NCBI RefSeq assembly: GCF_036365525.1
Contig: NC_090378.1
Coordinates: 45,941,505 to 46,005,504 of the forward strand
DNA: 64,000 bases
Reading direction: 5' to 3'
DNA from: Heterodontus francisci
Lineage: Eukaryota
The position numbers were made by a program, and so were the translations under genes. This document shows positions 50,089 to 62,950 of the stretch, in pieces. The notes under the pieces are model-generated. The model searched no databases and had not been told where the DNA came from. It worked only from the letters and a program-made list of their open reading frames with translations. Position 1 is the stretch's first letter. Every line of letters starts with the position of its first letter.

Positions 50089-52959
50089 ATGAAACCGGAC
50101 GGACCAGCCAACATCGACCTAGGCACCGGAAACGACAACGGCAAACCCAGCCCTGTCAGCCCTGCAAAGGTCCTCCTTACTAACGTCTGGGGGCTTGTGC
50201 CAAAGTTGGGAGAGCTGTCCCACAGACAAGTTTAAGCAACAGCCTGACATAGTCATACTCACGGAATCATACCTTACAGACAATGTCCCAGACACTGCAT
50301 TCACCATCCCTAGGTATGTCCTGCCCCACCGGCAGGACAGACCCACCAGAGGTGGTGGCACAGTGGTACATAGGGAGGGAGTTGCCCTGGGAGTCCTCAA
50401 CATCGACTCCGGACCCCATGAAGTCTCATGGCATCAGGTCAAACATGGGCAAGGTAACCTCCTACTGATTACCACCTACCGCCCTCCCTCAGCTGATGAC
50501 TCAGTACTCCATCATGTTGAACACCACTTGGAGGAAGCACTGAGGGTGGCAAGGGCACAGAATGTACTCTGGGTGGGGGACTTCAATGTCCATCACCAAG
50601 AGTGGCTCGGTAGCACCACTACTGACCGAGCTGGCCGAGTCCTAAAGGACATAGCTGCTAGACTGGGTCTGCGGCAGGTGGTGGGGAAACCAACACAAGG
50701 GAAAAACATACTTGACCTCGTCCTCACCATTCTGCCTGCTGCAGATGCTTCTGTCCATGACTGTATTGGTAGGAGTGACCACCGCACAATCCTTGTGGAG
50801 ACGAAGTCCCGCCTTCACATTGAGGATACCGTCCATCGTGTTGTGTGGCACTATCACCGTGCTAAATGGGATAGATTTCGAACAGATCTAGCAATGCAAA
50901 ACTGGGCATCCATGAGGCGCTGTGGGCCATCAGCAGCAGCAGAATTGTACTCAACCACAATCTGTAACCTCATGGCCCGGCATATCCCCCACTCTACCAT
51001 TACCATCAAGCCAGGAGACCAACCCTGGTTCAATGAAGAATGCAGGAGGGCTTGCCAGGAGCAGCACCAGGCATACCTCAAAATGAGGTGTCAATCTGGT
51101 GAAGCTACAACACAGGACTATCTGCATGCCAAACTGCGTAAGCAGCATGCGATAGACAGAGCTAAGCGATCCCATAACCAACGGATCAGATCTAAGCTCT
51201 GCAGTCCTGCTACATCCAGCCGTGAATGGTGGTGGACAATTAAACAACGAATTGGAGGAGGTGGCTCCACAAATATCCCCATCCTCAATGATGGGGGAGC
51301 CCAGCACATCAGTGCGAAAGATAAGGCTGGAGCATTTGCAACAATCTTCAGCCAGAAGTGCCGAGGTGATGATCCATCTCGGCCTCCTCCTGAAGTCCCC
51401 AGCATCACAGATGCCAGACTTCAGCCAATTCTATTCACTCCGCGTGATATCAAGAAACAACTGAAGGCACTGGATACTGCAAAGGCTTTGGGCCCTGACA
51501 ATATTCTGGCATTAGTACTGAAGACCTGTGCTCCAGAACTTGCGGCGCCCCTAGCCAAGCTGTTCCAGTCCAGCTACAACACTGGCATCTGCCCTGCAAT
51601 GTGGAAAATTTCCCAGGTATGTCCTGTACACAAAAAGCAGGACAAATCCAACCCGGCCAATTACCGCCCCATCAGCCTACTCTCTATCATCAGTAAAGTG
51701 ATGGAAGCTGTCATCAACAGTGCCATCAAGCAGCACTTGCTTAGCAATAACCTGCTCAGTGACGCTCAGTTTGGGTTCCGCCAGGGCCACTCAGCTCCTG
51801 ACCTCATCACAGCCTTGGTTCAAACATGGACAAAAGAGCTGAACTCAAGAGGTGAGGTGAGAGTGACTGCCCTTGACATCAAGGCAGCATTTGACCGAGA
51901 TTGGCATCAAGGAGCCCAAGCAAAACTGAGGTCAATGGGAATCAGAATGAAAACCCTCGGCTGGCTGGAGTCATACCTAGCGCAAAGGAAGATGGTTGTG
52001 GTTGTTGGAGGTCAATCATCTGAGCTCCAGGACATCACTGCAGGAGTTCCTCAGGGTAGTGTCCTAGGCCCAACCATCTTCAGCTGCTTCATCAATGACC
52101 TTCCTTCAATCATAAGGTCAGAAGTGGGGATGTTCGCTGGTGATTGCACAATGTTCACCATTCGTGACTCCTCAGGTACTGAAGCAGTCCGTGTAGAAAT
52201 GCAGCAAGACTTGGACAATATCCAAGCTTGGGCTGATAAGTGGCAAGTAACATTCGTGCCACACAAGTGCCAGGCAATGACCATCTCCAACAAGAGAGAA
52301 TCTAACCATCTCCCCTTGACATTCAACAGCATTACGATCGCTGAATCCTCCACTATCAACATCCTAGGGGTTACCATTGACCAGAAACTGAACTGGAGTA
52401 GCCATATAAATACCGTGGCTACAAGGACAGGTTAGAGGCTAGGTATCATGAGGCGAGTAACTCACCTCCTGACTCCCCAAAGCCTGTCCACCATCTGCAA
52501 GTTAGGAGTGTGATGGAATACTCTCCACTTGCCTGGATGGGTGCAGCTCCAACAACACTCAAGAAGCTCGACACCATCCAGGACAAAGCAGCCCGCTTGA
52601 TTGGCACCCCATCTACAAACATTCACTCCCTCCACCACCGACGCACAGTGGCAGCAGTGTGTACCATCTCCAAGATGTACTGCAGCAATGCACCAAGGCT
52701 CCTTAGACAGCACCTTCCAAACCCGCGACCTCTACCAACTAGAAGGACAAGGGCAGCAAATACATGGGTACACCACCACCTGCAAGTTCCCCTCCATGTC
52801 ACACACCATCCTGACTTGGAACTATATCGCCGTTCCTTCACTGTCGCTGGGTTAAAATCCTGGAACTCCCTTCCTAACAGCACTGTGGGTGTACCTACCC
52901 CAAATGGACTGCAGCAGTTCAAGAAGGCAGCTCACCACCACCTTATCAAGGGCAATTAG
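50089..52959 (+). pseudogene. APE-RT ORF of the tRNA-headed LINE, disabled in this copy
   Basis: Frameshift near 50230, stop at 52433-52435, frameshift near 52500, and catalytic FADD reads FAGD. Confidence 0.88.
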
Positions 52960-54052
52960 GGATGGGCAATAAATGCTGGCCTGGCCAGCGTCGACCACAT
53001 CCCATGAATGAATTAAAAAAAATAACCTGACAATGTTCAATAATGAATATTATTGTCAACAAAAGCGATTCATAATCCTGAGTCTGCTTTCATATAAGAA
53101 TCTATTGATAATGACTGATAGAAAACCTGGAAGTCATTTATTCCTACTATTCTGATATTTTGTCTTAAGTCATCCATATATCTTTTTAAGCTAGATCTTT
53201 AATGACAGAAATATACTGGCTGAAAGTCTGCATCTGTCTTTTACAAGCAGCATCCACAATCTGAAGAACCACTCCTTGGTGCCCTGCCAGTGTAGTTCAA
53301 AACGCCTTTCATCACTTCTCTGCAAGTAGTGTCACAAAATATTTAGCATCGTATGTTTGAAAACCCCGACCAGAAGTAATGCTGCAGAGAAGATTTATGT
53401 TTAAGATCAAAACCGATAGAAAAGGACTAACTTTCTATTACCTGATTCCTGAGATTAGCCTTCACTGTCACCTATAAAACTTCAAATTCCTTTACAGCAA
53501 TCAATATTGCGTAACTTTCTGGACATCCAATTGCTACTTTTCCCTCTTCAGAAATTGAAACATTTTAGGTGACCTGCATCAAAAATGAAACACCCTTGAC
53601 ATATAGTTTGAAGGATGTAAGTGCACCAAAGTGAAACCTAATATTTCAGTCTTGTTATTGTAGTCAGAAATGTTAGAAGTGTACATTTTTTTGGTGAGGT
53701 GGGAGGTGGTGAGGTATGTTGGCATTGATCCTCTGTAACACTTTTTAAAACTGAAGCTATCTCCAGATTAAAGAATAAGATTTTTATTTTGTTCCCACTT
53801 TTCTTTCAATTCCTCTATTTTTAGTTTCCTGAATCTTGGGTATTAAAATGAAAGAATAGACAACATCCTGATGCTGTTAATCTCATTGGTATGAGGGATG
53901 ACTCTTGCTTTTCATATTTAACCCCTGGAATTATACCTCTGTTTCATAAGTCTTACTGTTGGGATGGCTATAATTGGGAATTCACTGGATGGGACAGTGC
54001 ACATGTTGAATATCTTTCACCTTTTTAAAGATTGTATGCAGCTTGAAAATAG

Positions 54053-54226
<174 letters not shown>

Positions 54227-54244
54227 TAATTAATGATTGATCAC

Positions 54245-55157
54245 TGTTACGCCAATGTGTTATTTGAATGATAATTTTCTTTAATTAACTGACTAGAGAT
54301 CAGCATTTATTTTTTAAAAGGCAAGCTTCCAGCAAAGTCATCCTTTCAGCTTAAGATGATCACCTAATTTACAACACTGTATCCTGCACTGCAAGGACTT
54401 TGAGGAGAGAGACAAAATGTCTGCTAAGTCCCCAGTAAGAACCAAGACCCAGGAAGTTTAAAGGAACTACCTGTTCTCTCAGCAAGCAGAGAAATATTGC
54501 TAACTGCTGTGTCTGAATCATTGAGTGACTGTCATGTGACAAGCCCCTCCCCATCTGTGGTTTTAAGCTGGTCTTTTTCTCTGCGGCAAAGGAGAAGCAA
54601 TTGGACATGAGCAGACCCTAAGTGGGGGTCCCTCTTTCTCTCTCTCTCTGTTCCAACTTGAAAGCTTTCAAATCCTCCTTGTTGACTGACCACCTTTGCA
54701 TACTCCGGCTACAATCAGAAATCCTGTTGGAGGAAATCATCTGCATCGCTATCTCCAAAGAGACCAACCAAACCAGTCATCTACCTCTTCAAACTAAAAG
54801 CCTCAGGACCACCAAATTCAGTTAGAAGCCAGCCGAAGCACCAAAGCCAACAGACTGTACACCTATTTTTATGGACTCTAACTCAACCAATCTACCTTTC
54901 CCCACTCTGTAACCTATTTGTGTGTGTGTGTGTACACCTCTAGTGTGTGTGTGAGAGTGAAAGTTGGTGCATTGTTTATTATTTTATTAGTTTGGTTTAG
55001 GTACAATAAAGTTAATCTCTTTATTAACTCAAGAAAACCTGTTCGATTGATTCTTCTTATGATCATAGCAAGTAAGTAATCCAACACCTACTAAATCGGC
55101 CAGTGCATCCACTTTAGGAAAGAATTGGACCTGTGTGGTCAAACAAGGACCATAGCA
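54245..55157 (+). mobile_element. Solo LTR, same family as 59539-60675 but inverted
   Basis: TGTTACGCCAATGTG start equals the reverse complement of the 60675 end; AATAAA near 55005; ends ..gaccatagCA. Confidence 0.82.
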
Positions 55158-55224
55158 TCATACATACCAAAACTGTATCTTGTGTTCTGCTAATACTGTG
55201 GACCTGTTATCTAGTACATTGAAT

Positions 55225-58200
55225 CATAACATCATAGAACAATACTGCATGGCAGGAGGTCATTATGGCCAACATGCCTCTGCTGGGTCTTTGAAAGAGC
55301 TTTCCAATTAGTCTCCCTCCCCTGTTCTTTTCCCATAGCCCTGAAAATTTCTCCACTTAAAGTATTGATCAAAATTCCTTTTTGTAGTTATCATTGAATC
55401 TGTTTCCACCACCCTTTTAAACAGCATATTCCAGATCATCATAACTCGCTGCGCAAAAGCTTTTTTCCTCATATTGCATCTGGTTCTTTGGCCATTTACC
55501 TTAAGTCTGAGTCCTCTTGTTGCTGACCCTTCTGCCACTGGAAGCAGTTTCTCCTCATTTTCCCTATCCAAACCCTTCATGATTTTGAATATCTCTATCA
55601 AATTTCCCCTTAACCTACCTTGCCATAAGGAGAACAACCTCAGTTTCTCCAGTATCTCCATATAATTGAAATCTTTCATCCCTGGCACCATTCTTGTAAA
55701 TCTTCTCTGCACCTTCTCTAAGGCCTTGTTCTCCTCCTTAAAGTGTGGTGCCCAGAATAGGCCACAATACTCCAGCTGGGCCCTAACCAGTATTTTATAA
55801 AGGTTAAGAATAATGTCATTGCTTTTTTTACTCTGCACTTCTAGTTATAAAGCCAAGGAGCCCATATGCCTTTCTGACAAATTTCTCAACTTTTCCTGCT
55901 ACCTTCAAAGACTTGTGCACCCAAACCTCCAGGTTTTCGCTGTTCCTGCATCCCCTTTAAAATTTTACTGTCTAGTTTATGTTGCCTCTCTTCAATCTTC
56001 CTACCAAATTAATCATTTCACACTGCATTTAATTTCATTTGCCATTTGTCTGCACATTTCACAGTCTATCGATATCCTCCTGAGGTACTATCCTCCTCCC
56101 TGTTTACTATATTTCCAGGTTTCGTGTCATCTGCAAAGTTTGAAATTATGCTCTGTATAGCCAAGTCTAGGTCATAGAGTTATACAGCACAGAAACAGGC
56201 CCTTTGGCCCATTGTGTCTGTGCTGGCCATCAAGCACATATCTATTCTAATCCCATCTTCCAGCACTTGGCCCGTAGCCTTGTATGCTATTGGGTTTCAA
56301 GTGCTCATCTAAATACTTCTTAAATGTTGTGAGGGTTCCTGCCTCTACCACCCCTTCAGGCAGTGTGTTCCAGATTCCAACCACCCTCTGGGTGAAAGTT
56401 TTTTTCCTCAAATCCCCTCTAAACCTCCTGCCCCTTACCTTAAATCTATGCCCCCTGGTTATTGACCCCTCCACTAAGGGAAAAAGCTTCTTCCTATCTA
56501 TCTTATCAGTGCCCCTCATAATTTTGTATACCTCAATCAGGTCCCCCCCTCAGCCTTCTCTGCTCTAAGGAAAACAACCCTAACCTATCCAGTCTCTCTT
56601 CATAGCTGAAAGCCCAGGCAACATCCTGGTGAATCTCCTCTGCACCCTCTTCAGTGCAATCACATCCTTCCTATAGTGTAGTGATCAGAACTGTACACAG
56701 TATTCCAGCTGTGGCCTAACTAGCGTTTTATACAGCTCCAGCATAACCTCCCCGCTCTTATATTCTATGCCTTGGCTAATAAAGATAAGTATCCCATATG
56801 CCTTCCTAACCACCTTATCTACCTGTTCCCCTTCAGTGATCTATGGACAAGTATACCAAGGTCCCTCTGACCCTCTGTACTTCCTATGGTCCTACCATCC
56901 ATTGTATATTCCCTTGCCTTGTTAGTCCTCCCAAAATGCATCACCTCACACTTCTCAGGATTAAATTCCATTTGCCACTGCTGTGCCCATCTTACTAGCC
57001 CATCTACTGTGGAAAGAGAAGCAGAGTTAACGTTTCGGGTCAGTGACCCTTCTTCGGAAGAAGGGTCACTGACCCGAAACGTTAACTCTGCTTCTCTTTC
57101 CACAGATGCTGCCAGACCTGCTGAGTGAATCCAGCATTTCTTGTTTTTGTTTCAGATTTCCAGCATCCGCAGTATTTTGCTTTTATATTACTAGCCCATC
57201 TATATTGTCCTGTAATCTAAGGCTTTCCTCCTCACTATTTACGACCACCAATTTTCGTGTCATCTGCGAACTTACAGATCATACCTCCTATATTCATGTC
57301 TAAATCATTAATGTACACTACAAACAGCAAGGGTTCCAGCTCCGATCCCTGTGGTACACCACTGGTCACAGGCTTCCACTCGCAAAAACAACCCTTGATC
57401 ATCACCCTCTGTCTCCTGCCACTATGCCAATTTTTGATCCAAATTGCCCTGGATCCCATGAGCTTTTAACTTCTTAACCAATCTCCCATGTGGGAACTTA
57501 TCAAAAGCCTTACTGAAGTCCATGTAGACTACAACTGCTTTACCCTCATCTACACATCTCGGCACCTCCTCGAAAAATTCAATCAAGTTTTTTAGACACA
57601 ATCTCACCCTGACAAAGCCATGCTGACTATCCCTGATTAACCCCTGCCTCTCCAAGTGGAGATTAATCCTGTCCCTCAGAATTTTTTCCAATATTTTCCC
57701 TACCACTGATGTTAGACACACTGGCCTGTAATTACCTGGTTTATCTCTGCTACCCTTCTTGAATAATGGTGCCACATCGGCTGTCCTCCAATCCTCTGGT
57801 ACCTCTCCTGCGGCCAGAGTGGATTAGAAAATTTGTGAGAGCCTCTGTTCTCTCCTCCCTTGCCTCACATAACAGCCTGGGATACATATTACCTGGCCCT
57901 GAGGATTTATCCACTTTTAAGCCCACTAAAACAGCTAATAGTTCCTCCCTTTCGATGCTAATTTGTTCAAGTATACCCCAATCTCCCCCCCCCCCCCTGA
58001 TCTCTACACCTACATCGTCCTTCTCCATAGTGAACACAGATGAAAAGTAATAATTTAAAACCTCACCTATGTCCTCTGGCTCCACACACAGATTTCCACT
58101 TGGGGCCCTCCTCTTTCCCTGGTTATCCTCTTGCCCTTAATATACTTATAAAATGCCTTGGGATTTTCCTTTATCTTGCCCGCCAGTATTTTTTCATGTA

Positions 58201-59538
58201 TCCTCTTCGCTCTCCTAATTACTTTTTTAAGTACCCCCCTACACATTCTATACTCCTCTAGGGCCTCCGCTGTTTTCAGCATTCTGGTCGTTAATACATA
58301 TCATAAAGAGCAGTGGTCCCAACACTGTCCTCTGGGGGAACACCATTGCACAGTTCCCTCCAGTTTGGAAAAACAACTGTTCACCATTGCTCTGCTTTCT
58401 ATCTCTTAGTCGATTTTATATCCACACAGCCACTGCCCCTTTAATCCAATGGGCTTCAATTTTGCTGACAAGTTAATTATGTGCAACTTTACCTTTATCT
58501 CTGAAAACACCTCTGAATGTCCATATATACATCAACTGCACTGCCCTCATCAATCCTCTCTGTTACTTCATCAAAGACGTCACTCAAATTAGTCAAACAT
58601 GACTTGCCTTTAACAAATCCATGCTGGCTTTTATTTATTAACCCATATTTTTCCAAGTCTCGATTAATGTCTCCAAAGGTTTCCCCACCAATGCCATCAG
58701 GCTGACTGGCCTGTAGTTGCTGGGCTTATCCTTCTCCCCTTTTTGAACAGAGGTGTAACATTTGCAGTCCTCTGGCACCACTTCCGTATCTGAGGATGAT
58801 TGGAAGATTGTGACCAGAGCCTCCACAATTTGCACCCTTCCTTTAGCAACTGGGAATTCGTTCCGACTGGACTGAGTATCTATTCTTCTTTGAGTCTTGC
58901 CAACGTTTTAAGTACCTCTTTATCTATTTTTATCCTATCCACTTTCTGTACTACCTCCTCATTTATTGTGACATCGACAGTATTCTCTTTAGTGAACACA
59001 GATGCAAAGTAGTCATTTAGCACCTCAGTCATGTCCTTTCCTCCACAGGATCTCCTTTTTAGTCTCTAATCAACCATAATTTTCCTTTGACTACCCTTTT
59101 ACTATTTATATGTTTATAAAATACTTTGGGTTTCCTTTTTTGTTAGCTGCTAATCTATTGTCATACTCTGTCTGCACCTGATTTCTTTTTTAGATCTCCT
59201 TTGTACTTACTGTATTCAGCTTGGTTATCTATTGTATTACGAACCTTACATTTGTCATGAGCTTCCTTTTTCTGTCTCAAGCTCTATATCTTTAATCATC
59301 CAGGGAGCTCTAGCTTCGATGCCCTTCCTTTCCCCCTTGTGAGAATGTGTCTGGTCTGTAACTGAACTATCCCTTATCTGAAGGCCTTCTGGTGCTCATT
59401 TACTGTCTTACCTGTCAATGTTAGATTCCGATCCATCTGGGCCAGAACCCTTTTCAACTCACTGAGTTCACCTCCAGTTGAGTATTTTCACATTTGTTTT
59501 TTCCCTATCCTTTTCCATAACTGCTCAAAACCTAATAT
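55225..59538 (-). mobile_element. Nested CR1s: an old copy (55225-56172, resuming at about 58285) interrupted by a younger copy (about 56175-58280)
   Basis: Two sets of ORF2 motifs (NYRPV, QHGF, GVPQGS, FADD, two C-termini and two tails). Confidence 0.88.
57007..57187. mobile_element. Short palindromic element resembling a Penelope pseudo-LTR, 15-bp TSD
   Basis: Perfect 49-bp inverted arms (57007-57055 / 57057-57105); TSD TTACTAGCCCATCTA at 56992-57006 and 57188-57202. Confidence 0.88.
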
Positions 59539-60675
59539 TGTTACGGTCAAGTGAGGAGGGGTTGAAGGGCTTCCCTCTTTGCCCTCTCCTTGTTTGACCA
59601 TAACAGATTTAATTCTTCCTTAAAGTGGATGTACTGGCCAATTCAGTAGGTGTTTGATTACTTACTTGGTATGGACAGGTTTTCTTGCGTTAGCAAAGAA
59701 AGAGGTTAACTATTGTACCTAATAAAAATAATAAACAACACAGCAACTTTCACTCTCACACACACAGTAGAGGTTTACACATAGGTTATAGAGTAGGGAA
59801 GGATAGATTGGTTGGGTTAGAGTACATCTAAAAGGTCTACTGGTCTGTGAAGTTTGGTGATTCAGCTGGCTTCTAGCTGAATTCATTGGTCCTGAGGCTT
59901 TTAGTTTAAAGAGTTTGATGACTGGTTCAGTGAGTTTTGTGGAAATAGCGATGCAAATGATTTCCTCCAATGAGGTTTCTGATTGTAGCCGGAGTATGCA
60001 AAGGTCAACAAACAGGTTTTGAAAGCTTTCAAGCTGGAATGGAGAGACCTCCACTTAGTGTCTGCTCATGTCAGAGTCCAGTTGCTTCCCCTCTGCTGCA
60101 GAGAAAACATCAGCTTAAGACCTCAGATGGGGAGGGGCTTGTCACATGACAGTCACTCAGTCATGCAAACGTAGCAGTTGTGACATTGAACACGGATACA
60201 AAGTAGTCATTTAGCACCTCAGTTACGTCCTTTCCTCCACAAGATCTCCTTTATAGTCTCTAATCGACCCTAATTTTCCTTTGACTACCCTTTTACTATT
60301 TATATGTTTATAAAATACTTTGGGTTTCCTTTTTTTGTTAGCTGCTAATCTATTGTCATACTCTGTCTGCCCCTCATTTCATTTTTAGATCGCCTCTGCT
60401 TGCTGAGAGAACAGGTAGTTCCTTTAAACTTCCTGGGTCTTGGTTCTTGCTAGGAAATTAGCAGACATTTCATCTCTCTCCTCACAATCCTTTACAATGT
60501 AGGATAGTGTGTTGCAAACTAGGTGATCATCTTAAGCTGAAAGGATGACTTTGCTGGCAGCTTGTCTTTTTAAAATGTCTTTTAAAAATGCCTTTTTAAA
60601 AAAAAAAGACCAATTCAGATCTCCAGTCAGTGGACCAAAGAAAATTATCATTGAACAAAACACATTGGTGTAACA
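59539..60675 (-). mobile_element. Solo LTR with 4-bp TSD ATAT, inserted in the old CR1
   Basis: TGTTAC...GTAACA termini; ATAT at 59535-59538 and 60676-60679. Confidence 0.88.
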
Positions 60676-61400
60676 ATATTGTGATCACCATTTCCCAAAT
60701 GCTTCCCCACTGAAACATTCTCTATTGCACCATTTCATTATCCAGAAATAGATTCAAGCACTGCTTTCTTTCTTGTTGGGCTGGAAACGTATTGATCAAG
60801 AACATTCCCTTGTCCACTTTTCAGGAATTCCTCCCCTTCTTTGCCCTTTATACTGTTTTTTCCTAGTCTATATTAGGATAATTGAAGCTTCCCATTATCC
60901 TTACTATAAAGTTCTTGCATCTTTCTGTAATTTGCCTGCAAATTTACTCTTTCTCCTTCTCACTATTTGGTGGCCTTTACTTATACACCCAGCAGTGTAC
61001 TTGCTTCTGTGTTGTTGCTGAGTTGTAATGAATAGATCCTATCTTTGAACCCTCAAGTACATCATCCCTTTCTGGTGTTGTAACAGTATTGTTGATCAAT
61101 ATTGCTTCGCCTCCTTTTTTTTTCTTCCGTATCGTTCCTGAATACATTGTAACCAGGAATATTAAATGCCCATTCCACCCCTTATTTTGTCAGGTCTCTG
61201 TTATTATCACTATATCATAATCCCATCTGGCAGTTTGTGTCTGTGGTTTACCAACCTTATTTACGATGCTTTGAGCATTTATGCACATGTACTCTAAATC
61301 CAGCTATGTCTGCATCACATTTTCCCCATATAATTCCTCCTATTTCTGAACTACTCTTAATTTTAATGCTGTTTGTCTCTCTCATTCCTCTGTGTACCTT
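60676..61400 (-). mobile_element. Continuation of the old CR1 (APE region), highly decayed
   Basis: Collinear with the CR1 left of the LTR; similar to 39360-39610. Confidence 0.6.
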
Positions 61401-62029
61401 GTATCGCTTCTCTGTGCAATTTGTGTTTCCATCCTTTTAGTAAAATCAGAGCATAGAAAATATTTACTAATTTTTTTTACATTTCCATTCTGTTTGTATA
61501 TTAAGTGATTAAAATGCTGGCAACAGAAATGGTAAATTAACCAAACCATGTTATTTTTGGATGCTGCTTATTTAATCAGATTGTTGCTGTAATTAGTGGG
61601 AGCAATTTCTTCTTGTAAGCATGTCCCTCATTTTTGTGGGAGGATCTTTGATCACTCAATATCAACAGTTTTTGGTGTGAATTTTGGAAATAACTGTTCA
61701 GCAAATCAAGCAGCTGTTTCAGTTTCTAGTTGTACTGCAGGTGTCATTCATGCATTAATAGTGAATACCAGGAAATGATTAGTTTTCACAATTATTATCA
61801 ATGCTGGTGCCCAACGCTGAAGAATTTTTAAAAAATGCAAGCCATTATTGTCGATGCTTGCATTACCTTAAACTACAATTATCTTTACATTATCTATATT
61901 GAATGTTGTAGATCATTGTGTAGGTCATCTTGACTGAGATTTGCCCTGTATTTAAAGCATTTGACCATGCTGCCACTGTTATCGGAGCAAATCCCATATT
62001 TTTCTTTACTACTGCTCCTTTAGATCATT

Positions 62030-62950
62030 TCAATCAAATAAAAATGAAAATCTGCAAATGCTGAAAATCTAGAATAAAAACAGGAAATACTGGAAATTCA
62101 TTTCAGTCAGCATCTAAAAAGATAGTTTCTGATATTTCTGATGTGTATACTTCATCAAGTTGAAGGCTAAGACTTAAGTGGGCATTTTAGTAAGGATGGG
62201 GAAATATAAAAAAGGAAGAAAAAATGGAGAGATGACCAACAAACACACCATTCACATAAAAGGAGTTTGTGTATTAAATAACTTGCAAACTTCTAAATAG
62301 TTAGGTAAATTAATGCTGGCATATAAAAAGAACAAAAATGTACTAATAGTTGGCGGGGGGGGGGGCGGTGGGAAGACACAGGAGAGAGATCCATGCACAA
62401 CAAAAGCATGAGAAATAAAAATAAATTTTAAGAAGACCGGGTGAAATAGAAAAAGAAAGCGAAGCACAATGGTTCTGCCAATTGTGCAAACAGTAAAAGA
62501 ATGGATCCACATCACAGGCCCAAACTCCCACCAATATTTTGAAAATTTTTGACCCAAATGCCAACTTGCCTACCCTCTTCTCAAGCAGTGACAGTGTGTC
62601 CAGCAGAAAGATGAGGTACTGTTCTTGGGTAGAGTTGTTAAGTGGTGAGTAAAGGTCACAATTCTGCACAGAGCAGAAATGCTTATCAAAGAATTCAATT
62701 GATCTGCATTTGGTTTCCGCAGTGTAGAGAAAACTGCAGGATGAGTTTTGAATGCATTATGCCAGTTTGGAGGCTGCAGACCATCCTGGTGAGGGATGGA
62801 ACTGTGAAGAGACTGTATGTTATTTGAAATTGTTAGAGCTGTAGAGGACATTAGAGAAAATGCCAATATAGGTGGGTAGAAAGTAGGCATCGGAGAGAAG
62901 GATTAAGTCAAGATAAGAAGAAATTAGTTTGGTGGGGAAGGAGTAGGCTG
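62030..62950 (-). mobile_element. Decayed Penelope-like RT fragment plus palindromic terminal repeat remnant
   Basis: IQSLHSSIPHQDGL resembles the PLE RT motif SLYTSIPHxxGL; 62040-62160 resembles the 57007 family. Confidence 0.55.

Larger units (their letters stand above)
49737..53020 (+). mobile_element. CR1/L2-group single-ORF LINE with a tRNA-derived head and SINE-like middle domain
   Basis: A and B boxes, about 350-nt leader, ATG at 50089, APE (TNVWGL, LTES, YRPP, GDFN, SDH) and RT (QFGFR, DIKAAFD, GVPQGSVLGP), short 3' UTR, A tail, possible TSD AAATAAC (49727-49733 / 53020-53026). Confidence 0.88.
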
